Source: Patescibacteria group bacterium
Lineage (GTDB): Bacteria > Patescibacteriota > Minisyncoccia > 2-02-FULL-40-12 > GWA2-44-9
Assembly: GCA_038061995.1 (NCBI GenBank)
Contig: JBBTYA010000002.1
Span: 83,282-147,281 of the forward strand
DNA: 64,000 bases
Direction: 5' to 3'
Under the pieces are notes generated by a model, which was not told the DNA's origin, ran no database searches, and saw only the letters and a program-made list of their open reading frames with translations. Of the stretch, positions 48,699 to 57,513 are shown in pieces. Numbering within the stretch: position 1 is the stretch's first letter; the number at the start of each line of letters is the position of its first letter. A program made the position numbers and the translations under genes.

Positions 48699-49997
48699 CT
48701 ATGAGGCAAGCCAGTGGCCGTACTGGCGCACAAGTAGTTCTTTCGCAAGTTGAGGCTCTGCCATAATCTCTTCTACCACTTTCTCCATGCGCATCCCTTG
48801 CGAACCCTTCACCAACACCACATCCCCTTCGACGAGAAGATCCTGAACCATGAGCCGCGCCTCGTCAGCAGTGTGTGCGTACTGTACCGAACCAGCAGGC
48901 ATGTGCTTTTCGGCAACGCGGCCAATGAGTGCCGCTCGCTCGCCAACACACACTAAGCGCTGCGCAATGGCGTGCACGCTATTACCGATAGCTTCATGCG
49001 CCTCAATAGTAAACCCTCCCAGTTCAAGCATATCGCCAAGTACTGCAACCTTCCGTTGCGCTGGCACATCGCGCAATGTCTCAAGCGCCATGCGCATTGC
49101 CGCTGGAGCAGCGTTATAGGTGTCATCAATGAGCGTTGTGTTCTTAACGCCTGAGATGATACGCAAGCGGCCTGCTGGAGAAAGATACCCCGTAAACGTT
49201 TCACTCAAGGTGAGTGTATTCACATGTAAAATCTGGCCGACCGCTGCTGCGGCAGCTACTGCATAGCACGTGGTACGCCCCAGCACTCCCGGGATACGCA
49301 CTGGCACAAAGCCGCCATCGTAGTGCAGTTTACACACCATACCTTTCACAACGCCTTCCTCAATCCAGGGCGCCTCGTGAGAGAACGAAGCTGAGGCCGT
49401 CTGCTGGGAACCAAACGTGCGCACGCGAGCCTTTGTAGCAACGCGCATATCCAGCACGCGCTCATCATCTGCGTTTAAAAGCGCGTAGTCTGACGGAAGG
49501 AGCGTGTGTACTAACGCACTTTTCTCGCGCGCGACCGCATCAGGAGAACGGAAGAATTCCACATGCACTGGGATGTCTCCAATCGCCGTCACTACTGCTA
49601 TGTGCGGCTTAAAGAGCTTCACCAAACGTGAAATATCTTTTGGGCGATCCGCACTGTATTCCAAAACAAGTGCTCGCGGATACGCGGCGTTGCGAATAAT
49701 GCAGTCACGCAATGCGCTTCCGATGACGCGTCCCCAGAATCCGAGTGACGGGCCATGGTGGTAGTACTCGTCTCCCCAATCACCCAAAATAGAGAGTGGC
49801 AGCCCGATGTCATTATTCAAATTACCCGGGCTTGCGCGTACCGTCATGCGCGTGCGCACCACCGTAGCGATCGCCTCTTTTGTAGACGTTTTTCCCACAT
49901 TGCCCGTCACGCCAATAATGAGGGGCTTATAGCGCCAGATAAGCACTCGTGCGAGCGCCTTGAGAATCATTTCAAGAGTAAGTCGTTTATAAGACAT
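48699..49997 (-). CDS. murF: UDP-MurNAc-tripeptide--D-Ala-D-Ala ligase
   Basis: GVTGNVGKTSTK, NNDIGLP, IDDTYNA, LGDMLELG, LVKGSQG. Confidence 0.93.
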   Translation of the reverse strand: MSYKRLTLEMILKALARVLIWRYKPLIIGVTGNVGKTSTKEAIATVVRTRMTVRASPGNLNNDIGLPLSILGDWGDEYYHHGPSLGFWGRVIGSALRDCIIRNAAYPRALVLEYSADRPKDISRLVKLFKPHIAVVTAIGDIPVHVEFFRSPDAVAREKSALVHTLLPSDYALLNADDERVLDMRVATKARVRTFGSQQTASASFSHEAPWIEEGVVKGMVCKLHYDGGFVPVRIPGVLGRTTCYAVAAAAAVGQILHVNTLTLSETFTGYLSPAGRLRIISGVKNTTLIDDTYNAAPAAMRMALETLRDVPAQRKVAVLGDMLELGGFTIEAHEAIGNSVHAIAQRLVCVGERAALIGRVAEKHMPAGSVQYAHTADEARLMVQDLLVEGDVVLVKGSQGMRMEKVVEEIMAEPQLAKELLVRQYGHWLAS

Positions 49998-49999
49998 GG

Positions 50000-51724
50000 T
50001 TAACGTCGTGATGGAGGTACGGTACCATAGGTAAGCAAAAATTGCATAATGCTCTTAAAGGTGGGCACTAAACTGTTTGATGCGAACGTTACCCCCTGCG
50101 GTCTATCTAATTTCAAAAGCACGGTGTAGCGCGCATCGTAGGAAGGGGCAAAACCAACAAATGTGTGGATGAAAATATTTTCGAGATACTTTCCGTCAGG
50201 CCCTGCAATCTGTGCTGTGCCCGTCTTTCCAGCGATGTCATAGCCCGCAATACGTCCGCCCGCGTCATAACCATTATCAATAACGCTCGTCAGCATCGTT
50301 TGGAGACGACTCGCCGTGCGCTCAGAGAAAGGAATGGTCACCACCTCAGGTGCCACCATCTCTTCACGAGTGCCCGTGATGATGCGATCTATGATCAATG
50401 GCTTCATCAGCTTACCCCCATTTGCTATAGCGCTAAACGCGTTCACCAGCTGAATAGGCGTCACCGCAATGCCTTGGCCGAAAGATGCTGTCATCGTGTT
50501 GATCTCGCGACCTGAATATAGGTTGGAGATATCGCCGCTCACTTCGCCTGGAAGATCAATGCCGGTTGGCTGTCCAAACCCAAGATTCACCATGTATTCA
50601 CGAAATTTCTCTGTCCCAATAAGCTTTGCAGCAAACACCGTTCCCGTATTCAACGAGAGCTCAAGTATTTGCGTCATTGTGTGCGTTCCGGGTGGCCGGT
50701 GCGTTGAATTTTTAATAACGCGATCCGCCACCTCAACAGAACCTGAGTCGTAGTAAGTTGTTTGTGGTGTCAGCGCATTTGAATCAAGCCCCGCAGCCAT
50801 CGTAAATGGTTTAAAAGTAGAACCTGGTTCAAAAATACTCTGCACTGAGCTATTCAGAAATGTTTCTGGCTTACTTGTACGATAGTCATTCGGATTAAAT
50901 GTGGGGCGATCAGCCATCGCCAGAATGCGACCCGTGCGAGGATCTTGCACAATGGCCGAGCCCCCAGCTGCCTTCCACTTGCTAATGACGGCATCGAGTG
51001 CATTTTCTACGTACGCTTGAATAGTGTGATCAAGAGTGAGCACCACATCGCGCGGCTGGTCCGACTGCTCTGCTCGCGCATTTTCACCACCAACGAGCGA
51101 GCGCAAAATGCGAATAGGATTTGTGGCGGCGAAGAAACTCTTGCGCGACAGTGAGCCCGAGAGAGCGTCCTCAAAACGTGATTCTATGCCGTATTGCCCC
51201 GCTCGCCCATAGTCATTATAGCCAACAAACCCCAAGACATCGGCAGCGAGTGTTCCACTCGGGTACTCGCGGTCAAGTGCATACGCAACGCCAATGCCAG
51301 GAAGTTCCAGATCCGTTACCGTGCGTGCCCGCTCTTCAGTGAGACGATACGGCAGCGTACGTTCTTTCCCTTCACGCGCGAGAAGGGTGATAAGAGAATC
51401 TTTTGACGCACCCGTAACGCTTGCGAGCGCGTCTGCGATGCCTTCTCGCAACTCTGGCTCCGTACTACTAGTGCGTACTACTACAAAAGGAAAACGGCGG
51501 TTCACCGCCGCGATAGGCTTAATACCTCCCGCATCTTGAAAGAAGATACTTCCTCGAGCAACGAGTGTCGTCGCTCGCTCAGATTGCGCTTTTGCCTGTT
51601 GCGCATACGTCTCATGCTGTACACCCGCCAGCACAATAAGGCGATACCCCGCAAGCGCAAAGGCGGCAATGAATGCCGCCGTCAAGAGAGAAACCCGAGT
51701 GTGTTCGTGTAAAACGCGCTTCAT
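50000..51724 (-). CDS. ftsI: class B penicillin-binding protein (FtsI/PBP2 family)
   Basis: EPGSTFK, SLN, GKTGTAQ; follows mraZ-rsmH-ftsL. Confidence 0.9.
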   Translation of the reverse strand: MKRVLHEHTRVSLLTAAFIAAFALAGYRLIVLAGVQHETYAQQAKAQSERATTLVARGSIFFQDAGGIKPIAAVNRRFPFVVVRTSSTEPELREGIADALASVTGASKDSLITLLAREGKERTLPYRLTEERARTVTDLELPGIGVAYALDREYPSGTLAADVLGFVGYNDYGRAGQYGIESRFEDALSGSLSRKSFFAATNPIRILRSLVGGENARAEQSDQPRDVVLTLDHTIQAYVENALDAVISKWKAAGGSAIVQDPRTGRILAMADRPTFNPNDYRTSKPETFLNSSVQSIFEPGSTFKPFTMAAGLDSNALTPQTTYYDSGSVEVADRVIKNSTHRPPGTHTMTQILELSLNTGTVFAAKLIGTEKFREYMVNLGFGQPTGIDLPGEVSGDISNLYSGREINTMTASFGQGIAVTPIQLVNAFSAIANGGKLMKPLIIDRIITGTREEMVAPEVVTIPFSERTASRLQTMLTSVIDNGYDAGGRIAGYDIAGKTGTAQIAGPDGKYLENIFIHTFVGFAPSYDARYTVLLKLDRPQGVTFASNSLVPTFKSIMQFLLTYGTVPPSRR

Positions 51725-51739
51725 AATGCAAAATGTCGC

Positions 51740-52069
51740 TTAACGTCGTGCGACGTTATTTGATTCAAACAAATGCACTGGCATTTGTGAAGCAACAAGC
51801 GCGTGACGCTGTGCAAACGATGACAACTGCTCTGGTTCTTCAGATGCAAAAGATTCAGCGAGCAGTGCGCCACGCTGCGCGGCGAGTGCTACCGTTTCAC
51901 GCTGCAAGTCGCCTACACGAAGTGTATGCGTCGCAACACGATTCGATTGCACAATATACAGCGCCGCACACAACACCGTTACCGTTATAAACACGATGTT
52001 GCAGCGAACAATGATGCGAGAAAGTGGTGAAAAAGGATTCGAACGACGCACGGGAACCGGAAAAGGCAT
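51740..52069 (-). CDS. FtsL-like bitopic protein
   Basis: single TM plus coiled coil, between rsmH and the PBP gene. Confidence 0.65.
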   Translation of the reverse strand: MPFPVPVRRSNPFSPLSRIIVRCNIVFITVTVLCAALYIVQSNRVATHTLRVGDLQRETVALAAQRGALLAESFASEEPEQLSSFAQRHALVASQMPVHLFESNNVARR

Positions 52070-52099
52070 TCCTACCCTTCCTGGCTACGAACACATCTA

Positions 52100-52993
52100 C
52101 TACTCTGCTTTCTGAAATAACTTTAACTTTGCACTTCGCGCTCGAGGGTTTCGCTTTACTTCTTCCCATACGGGTCGAAGGGTCGCTCGCGTCACCCACG
52201 AACCTCTTCCTCCTGCAACCGCTGCCTTGAATGCTTCTCGAACAATGCGATCCTCCATGCCTTGGAAGGAGATAACCGCCAATCGTCCACCGGGATTCAA
52301 AACATCGATTGCAGCTCGAATGCCGTTCGCAACCGATGATAGTTCATCATTGATTGCAACTCGAAGTGCTTGGAACGTCTTTGTGGCACAGTGCAACTTG
52401 CGATGCCGGTACCACGCGGGAACTGCGCTTTCAATGACCCGCACCAGGTCAAACGTCGTCCGGATGGGCGTCGCCGACCTGGCACGAACCACTGCGTATG
52501 CGATTGCGTCTGCAAACTGTTCCTGGCCATACGTCGCCAGTATGCGCTCTAGCTCATCAACGGGAGCGGTATTGAGTATCCCCGCAGCCGTCGTAGGATT
52601 TGTCTCGGGCTGAAAGCGCATATCAAGCGGCTCATCACGCATAAACGAGAATCCTCTGCCACTGACTTCGTAGTGCCACGAAGAGAGGCCAAGATCCATC
52701 AAGATCGCATCGGGTGGAAATGCATTGTCGGCAACGATCTGCGCGAGATTCGCGTAGCTGTCGTTCACCACAATGATCTGCCGTGCAACCTCTGGGCGGC
52801 GTTCCGGTAACTGTGCAACCTGCACCGGATCAAGCTCAATGCCCAAAATGCGGATACCTGGGTAGTGCTCCAACACCGCTGCGGTGTGGCCTGCGCCATC
52901 AAGTGTCGCATCAATGAATCGCTTTTCAGGATTCAGATTGAGATGCGTGATAACTTCTTCTAAAAGAACTGGCGTATGTACGTGCTCCGTCAT
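52100..52993 (-). CDS. rsmH: 16S rRNA m4C1402 methyltransferase
   Basis: HTPVLL, DLGLSS..RGFSF, PLDMR, FQALRVAINDEL, NPRARSAKL. Confidence 0.97.
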   Translation of the reverse strand: MTEHVHTPVLLEEVITHLNLNPEKRFIDATLDGAGHTAAVLEHYPGIRILGIELDPVQVAQLPERRPEVARQIIVVNDSYANLAQIVADNAFPPDAILMDLGLSSWHYEVSGRGFSFMRDEPLDMRFQPETNPTTAAGILNTAPVDELERILATYGQEQFADAIAYAVVRARSATPIRTTFDLVRVIESAVPAWYRHRKLHCATKTFQALRVAINDELSSVANGIRAAIDVLNPGGRLAVISFQGMEDRIVREAFKAAVAGGRGSWVTRATLRPVWEEVKRNPRARSAKLKLFQKAE

Positions 52994-52996
52994 ACG

Positions 52997-53431
52997 TTAA
53001 ATGCCTCCCAATTCACCAAGCTTTTCTGCAATGCGGTCAGAATTCTTCTCAAGCTCTCGCTTGGTACGTTCCCACGCATCAGCGTCCCAGATCTCCAATC
53101 GCTTGTAGAGCCCCGCCACCACAACTGACCGAGTCAGTCCGGCGTAACTCTTGAGGTGATCAGGAAGGAGTACGCGACCAAGGGAATCAAATTCCACTTC
53201 AGTGGCCCCCGAGAGCATCAATCGTGCGAACGATCGACTATCCCCTTGTGTCACTGGCAGATTTGCAATGCGCTCTGCGAGCACTTCCCATTGCTGGAGA
53301 GGAAAGACAAACAAGCAGGCGTCTACTCCTCGCGTCACAACGGCGCGCTCACCAAGCTCACGGCGAAATTTTGAAGGAATCGCAAGACGTTTCTTGGCAT
53401 CAATCGTGTGTTGGTATTCGCCAATAAGCAT
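52997..53431 (-). CDS. mraZ: transcriptional regulator MraZ
   Basis: IDAKKRLAIPSKFR, DSLGRVLLP, LEIW. Confidence 0.96.
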   Translation of the reverse strand: MLIGEYQHTIDAKKRLAIPSKFRRELGERAVVTRGVDACLFVFPLQQWEVLAERIANLPVTQGDSRSFARLMLSGATEVEFDSLGRVLLPDHLKSYAGLTRSVVVAGLYKRLEIWDADAWERTKRELEKNSDRIAEKLGELGGI

Positions 53432-53445
53432 GTTTTGCGATGTAA

Positions 53446-53489
53446 CACTTCTTCCCACTTACAACCACTACCTAGTCATTATACCCCAC
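53446..53489 (-). promoter_or_regulatory. MraZ-binding repeats and -10 box
   Basis: AGTG(G) repeated with 10-nt period on the minus strand; TATAAT at 53478-53483. Confidence 0.75.
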
Positions 53490-53524
53490 CGAGCAGGCAC
53501 GCAACAGCGGAAATGTGCATAAGT

Positions 53525-53572
53525 AAAAACACCCCGCGACCATTCGCCTTTTCAGCGACGATCGCGGGGTGT
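53525..53572 (-). terminator. terminator of the orphan three-gene unit
   Basis: ACACCCCGCGA/TCGCGGGGTGT with U-tract on the minus strand. Confidence 0.75.
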
Positions 53573-53581
53573 GCGTAAGCC

Positions 53582-53719
53582 CTACCAGCCGGGCTGGGGG
53601 GCTTGCGCGAGCATTTCGCCCGCGCGGTACATCAGAAAGAGCAACCACCCCAACAACAGACTGGAACCCGCCAACATCAGCAGAATCCCCGTCAGTGAGA
53701 TGGACTTTCCAGGTGGCAT
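53582..53719 (-). CDS. orphan 45-aa single-TM protein (not in ORF track)
   Basis: AAGGAGG SD; MPPGKSISLTGILLMLAGSSLLLGWLLFLMYRAGEMLAQAPQPGW. Confidence 0.55.
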   Translation of the reverse strand: MPPGKSISLTGILLMLAGSSLLLGWLLFLMYRAGEMLAQAPQPGW

Positions 53720-53729
53720 AGTGCCCTCC

Positions 53730-54056
53730 TTACAGAGAGGAAAGGGACGGCTTCACCTTCTCCGGCACGTAGTGGAGCGCGATATCCGGTGGGACGTCGA
53801 GGTACATGCAGTCACGCGCGTCCATGGCAATGCGCGCCGCCATGAGCCTCAACTCAGTGCGGTGCGCGGGATTCGAAAAGAGATCGATGCTCGAGAGACT
53901 ACCGTAGAGCTGATCCCACTCCTCACGATCCTTGCGCAATACCGCCACCGCAGCCCGCTGTTCCCTCGTGAGCAGCTCTGTTGCCGCTTGGATGTAGCCT
54001 TCGCGCGTACACGTACGGCGCAGCCACTTTCCGAGCCTCTGCAACGCTTTCATCAT
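53730..54056 (-). CDS. orphan hypothetical protein
   Basis: 108-aa ORF overlapping the stop codon of the upstream small ORF. Confidence 0.55.
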   Translation of the reverse strand: MMKALQRLGKWLRRTCTREGYIQAATELLTREQRAAVAVLRKDREEWDQLYGSLSSIDLFSNPAHRTELRLMAARIAMDARDCMYLDVPPDIALHYVPEKVKPSLSSL

Positions 54057-54181
54057 CGAACCCCCTGAAGAAATCGCTCCAGCAGATTGTGTTTCACTAC
54101 AATCCGCAGGAGCATGCTAAAAATTACAAGCAGGAACACGAACCTCACGTGGCGCGCGTCCCGGCGACCCCGCTCACTCAT
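54053..54181 (-). CDS. orphan 42-aa single-TM protein
   Basis: GGGAGG SD after a TTGACA-N17-GATAAT promoter; hydrophobic core. Confidence 0.45.
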   Translation of the reverse strand: MSERGRRDARHVRFVFLLVIFSMLLRIVVKHNLLERFLQGVR

Positions 54182-54276
54182 CAAGCCTCCCGAGATGAGT
54201 ATTATCTGATATAAATATGATTCTGTCAAACAACAATGCGCCACCGCCAGAAGTGGCCGTGACGCATTGAAACCAG

Positions 54277-54350
54277 TGGGCGCACCTGGACTCGAACCAG
54301 GGACCTTTGCAATGTGAATGCAACGCTCTAACCAGCTGAGCTATGCGCCC
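54277..54350 (-). tRNA. tRNA-Val(CAC), CCA not encoded
   Basis: GGGCGCA acceptor; TTGCA-TTCACAT-TGCAA anticodon arm; CCTGG-TTCGAGT-CCAGG T arm. Confidence 0.96.
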
Positions 54351-54844
54351 TAAATACCAAGCTTGTTAATCAACTTCTCGTGTGGCCCCTCGAGAAGCAC
54401 GCGCACGAAACGATCGAACATGCCGAAGCGATACATGAACTCTTCCCTATCCATAATACCAAACTTTATTTCCTTGCCTACTTCTGACTCAAGGGCTTTT
54501 AAAAATGCAGAAAGTTTTTGTTTACTATAATCATCGGCTACTAAAAACAAGTCAGTCGGCGCATTCGTATCAATGAGCGCGCTCTGATCGGGTGTATTTA
54601 AAAAGACGCCAGAGATCACCGCGAGCTTCACGCGTCCCAATGACGCAATGCGACGCATCAGTTCGCCACGCTCTGCGGGAGATGGCTTTAAAATGAGTGC
54701 GTGCAATTCATTAAAGAACGCAAACTCTTTATTCACAGCATAGGTTGGCCCAGGCGTTATCACGCGCGGACGAACAACGCGCTTCACAACGCGTCGCGCT
54801 TTTTTCTTTTTCTTCACAGTGCGAGTTCGTTTCTTTGGGGACAT
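54350..54844 (-). CDS. minimal nucleotidyltransferase-like domain (C-terminal half of a wHTH-NT regulator)
   Basis: VKLAVISGVF..TDLFLVAD..LESEVGKEI..EEF.YR..DRF. Confidence 0.65.
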   Translation of the reverse strand: MSPKKRTRTVKKKKKARRVVKRVVRPRVITPGPTYAVNKEFAFFNELHALILKPSPAERGELMRRIASLGRVKLAVISGVFLNTPDQSALIDTNAPTDLFLVADDYSKQKLSAFLKALESEVGKEIKFGIMDREEFMYRFGMFDRFVRVLLEGPHEKLINKLGI

Positions 54845-54846
54845 AC

Positions 54847-55047
54847 TTATGAACCGTTGCTTATGCGTCGCACTAAGTGCATACTTTCAAGTGTAGAAAG
54901 TTCCTTTTTTACCACTTCTTCTGACTCTTGCGTGCGCTGTACCACGTCGCGGAACGTAAAATGCTCCGGATGTGTTCGGAAAATAAATTTTAAGATTTTC
55001 ACGCGGGCGCGCGAACCAAACAGGTTATCCAGAACACTCTTTGACAT
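54847..55047 (-). CDS. winged-helix domain (N-terminal half of a wHTH-NT regulator)
   Basis: LFGSRARVKILKFIF..F.FRDVV..V.KEL..LE..LV. Confidence 0.7.
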   Translation of the reverse strand: MSKSVLDNLFGSRARVKILKFIFRTHPEHFTFRDVVQRTQESEEVVKKELSTLESMHLVRRISNGS

Positions 55048-55141
55048 ATGGTCAGACGTTTCAGTAGAATGCAGGTAGTACGTTCTGCGCACTGAAATTA
55101 TCCCGCGCAGTCTAGCGTAGAGGACTCGAAAAGTAAACCCC

Positions 55142-57076
55142 ATGGAAAAAATCACTTTAAAGCCTATTGCTCACGAAATCTCTATCTCTGGAGCAAACCC
55201 TGAAGGCCCCGCAGATGCATTCTCCTACAGCCCCGACGAACACGACAGTACGCGCATGCTTGGCAACCTCTATGTAGTTGGCAACATCAGCCACCCTACC
55301 GATGATCTCGCCTATGCATTGAACCTCATCGCCGCGCTCGCAAAGCGCGAATATTACGCACGTCCCGGCATTGCTATTAAAGATGCCTTTTCAAACACGC
55401 TACGCAAGGTGAACGAAGTCGTCTCCGAACTTTTTGAAAACAACGGCGCGAAGATCAACATGGGGATCTTTACCATCGCCGATGGTTCGCTCCTCATTTC
55501 CAAACTCGGAAAGTTTAAACTGTTCCTCGCGCGCACGGGCGGTATTGTTGATGTGCTCAACAATGTAGAACACTTTGAAAAAGATGCGGATGCCACTGGC
55601 AGTCAATTCTCAAATATCATTTCCGGCAAAGTGCAGGAACACGATCGCCTCCTCGCGCTCTTCCCGAATCGCTCGCTCACCACGCGCGAACGCTTCGTAA
55701 AGAGTGATTTCGACAAACTCGACAAAGACACTTTTATCGCAAAGCTCGCAGCGATCCGCGAACAGAAAGACACGTTCTCCTGCGCGGCGCTCTATATCAC
55801 CGTACAAAAAATCCGCGAAATTACAGCTCCAGCGCCCTCATTTGTGCCAGAACCCCAGCAACAACAGGTTCGCTTTGCGCACGCGCCGCAACAGGAAACG
55901 CCTCCTATTTTACAGCCAACCTCGCTCGGAAGCGAAGAGACCATCCCTCGCATTATCCCCTCTGAATTCTCGTTGGGACGCAAAAAGAACCCAGCAGTAG
56001 CCTTTTTCCGCCGTCTTGGGCTCACGGAGCTCAACCCTCGCTCCCGCGCCATTGCGCTTGCAGTCATGGTCACCACACTTATCGGTGGCACGCTTTTCGT
56101 ACGTTCACTCGTTACGCCATCTGAAGAGGAAGCAGCCCTCGCAACAACCATCTCTGAAGTGCGTGATCAAATGAAGATCGCGAAGACAAAAATCAGTCAG
56201 AATGCCATCCCCGAAGCACGCACACTATTGAGCGCTTCGCTTGCATCGCTGAATCCATTTATCTCTGGCGACAGCCCAGCCACTGCCGCACAAGAAATCC
56301 GCGCCGAGCTATTTGCAGAACTCGATGCCCTTGATCAGGCAAAGCTTGCCGAACCACAACTCGCATTTGATAACAGTAAAGAAGAATCAAAGATCAGCCA
56401 CATCGCCGCACAGAATGGCCTCTACGTATATCGCTCAAGTGAAACGGTGGGCACCCTAAGCGCTATTAGTACGGGAACAATCGCAGATTCCGTTACCGTT
56501 CCCGCACAAGCAACCGCCCTCACGGGGAGTGATTCGCTCCACACTGTCATCGCTGGCACCACTGGCGCAGCAGTGAAGGGTCAGAGCGTTACTCCACTCA
56601 CGCTTTCCACTGCCCTCGCCCACCTTGAACAATTCGGAGATAACCTCTATGGCGTAGCAAACGGCACCATTATGCGTGTATCTGGCGCCTCGCAAGGCAA
56701 GGGCACTGCCAGCACGTGGCTCAAGAGTGGCGCCACACTTCCTGCCGATGTGGTAGATATCGCCATTGACGGCAACATCTACGCTGTTACCACCACAGGC
56801 ACTCTCCTTACCTACTACAAAGGTGAGCGCACTGCGGAAGTAAGCACGGGTCTTCCCGTCTCGCCCGCATCACAGCTCTTTACGGGCGTAGACCTTCCGT
56901 ATGTCTATATTCTTGATACTGAGCTCAACCGCCTCTACCTCATTGATAAAAAAGGCGGCTCGCTCTTTAAGACCATCACCTTCCCCGCAGATCACGAAGT
57001 TGTCACTGCGACGGTGCATCCGAATGGCTCACTCTTCTATCTCACCGAAGATCAAAAAGTCTGGCAGGTACAGTAA
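55142..57076 (+). CDS. bitopic protein with degenerate PP2C-like N-domain and beta-propeller-like C-domain
   Basis: 644-aa ORF; central TM; IAIDGNIY / LYLIDKKG repeats. Confidence 0.6.
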   Translation: MEKITLKPIAHEISISGANPEGPADAFSYSPDEHDSTRMLGNLYVVGNISHPTDDLAYALNLIAALAKREYYARPGIAIKDAFSNTLRKVNEVVSELFENNGAKINMGIFTIADGSLLISKLGKFKLFLARTGGIVDVLNNVEHFEKDADATGSQFSNIISGKVQEHDRLLALFPNRSLTTRERFVKSDFDKLDKDTFIAKLAAIREQKDTFSCAALYITVQKIREITAPAPSFVPEPQQQQVRFAHAPQQETPPILQPTSLGSEETIPRIIPSEFSLGRKKNPAVAFFRRLGLTELNPRSRAIALAVMVTTLIGGTLFVRSLVTPSEEEAALATTISEVRDQMKIAKTKISQNAIPEARTLLSASLASLNPFISGDSPATAAQEIRAELFAELDALDQAKLAEPQLAFDNSKEESKISHIAAQNGLYVYRSSETVGTLSAISTGTIADSVTVPAQATALTGSDSLHTVIAGTTGAAVKGQSVTPLTLSTALAHLEQFGDNLYGVANGTIMRVSGASQGKGTASTWLKSGATLPADVVDIAIDGNIYAVTTTGTLLTYYKGERTAEVSTGLPVSPASQLFTGVDLPYVYILDTELNRLYLIDKKGGSLFKTITFPADHEVVTATVHPNGSLFYLTEDQKVWQVQ

Positions 57077-57098
57077 AGAAAAACAGTATGCGAACATA

Positions 57099-57124
57099 CA
57101 TAAAGCCCCTTGCGGGGCTTTATG
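57099..57124. terminator. bidirectional terminator
   Basis: CATAAAGCCCC/GGGGCTTTATG between convergent genes. Confidence 0.8.
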
Positions 57125-57144
57125 GTTACTACCGATGTAGTTGC

Positions 57145-57507
57145 TTACTTGAGGTCAACCGTTGCGCCTGCGTCCATCAACTTCTTCTTCATGTCTTCTG
57201 CGTCTGCTTTCTTCACTTCTTCTTTGACGGTTGCAGGAACGTTGTCGGTCATGTCCTTCACTTCCTTGAGGCCGAGGCCGGTTAATTCGCGGAGAACCTT
57301 AATGACCTGGATCTTCTGCTCGCCAGCGTTGGTGAGTACAACGGTGAAGGAATCCTTCTCTTCCGCTGCTGCGCCACCTGCTGCTGGTGCTGCCATGGCA
57401 AATGCCGCGGCGGAGACACCGAACTTTTCTTCGAGCCCCTTCACGAGCTCATTGAGCTCGCTGACGCTCATCTTTTCAATGTGTTCAATAAATGTTGCTT
57501 TGTCCAT
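57145..57507 (-). CDS. rplL: 50S ribosomal protein L7/L12
   Basis: [23 protein letters not shown]. Confidence 0.97.
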   Translation of the reverse strand: MDKATFIEHIEKMSVSELNELVKGLEEKFGVSAAAFAMAAPAAGGAAAEEKDSFTVVLTNAGEQKIQVIKVLRELTGLGLKEVKDMTDNVPATVKEEVKKADAEDMKKKLMDAGATVDLK

Positions 57508-57513
57508 ACGTGG

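Noticed and set aside
48449-48766. Plus-strand ORFs containing CLPAGR and PPKAE peptides
   Set aside because: They are antisense to the GIY-YIG gene and murF, and the peptides are just translations of the palindromic micro-inserts.
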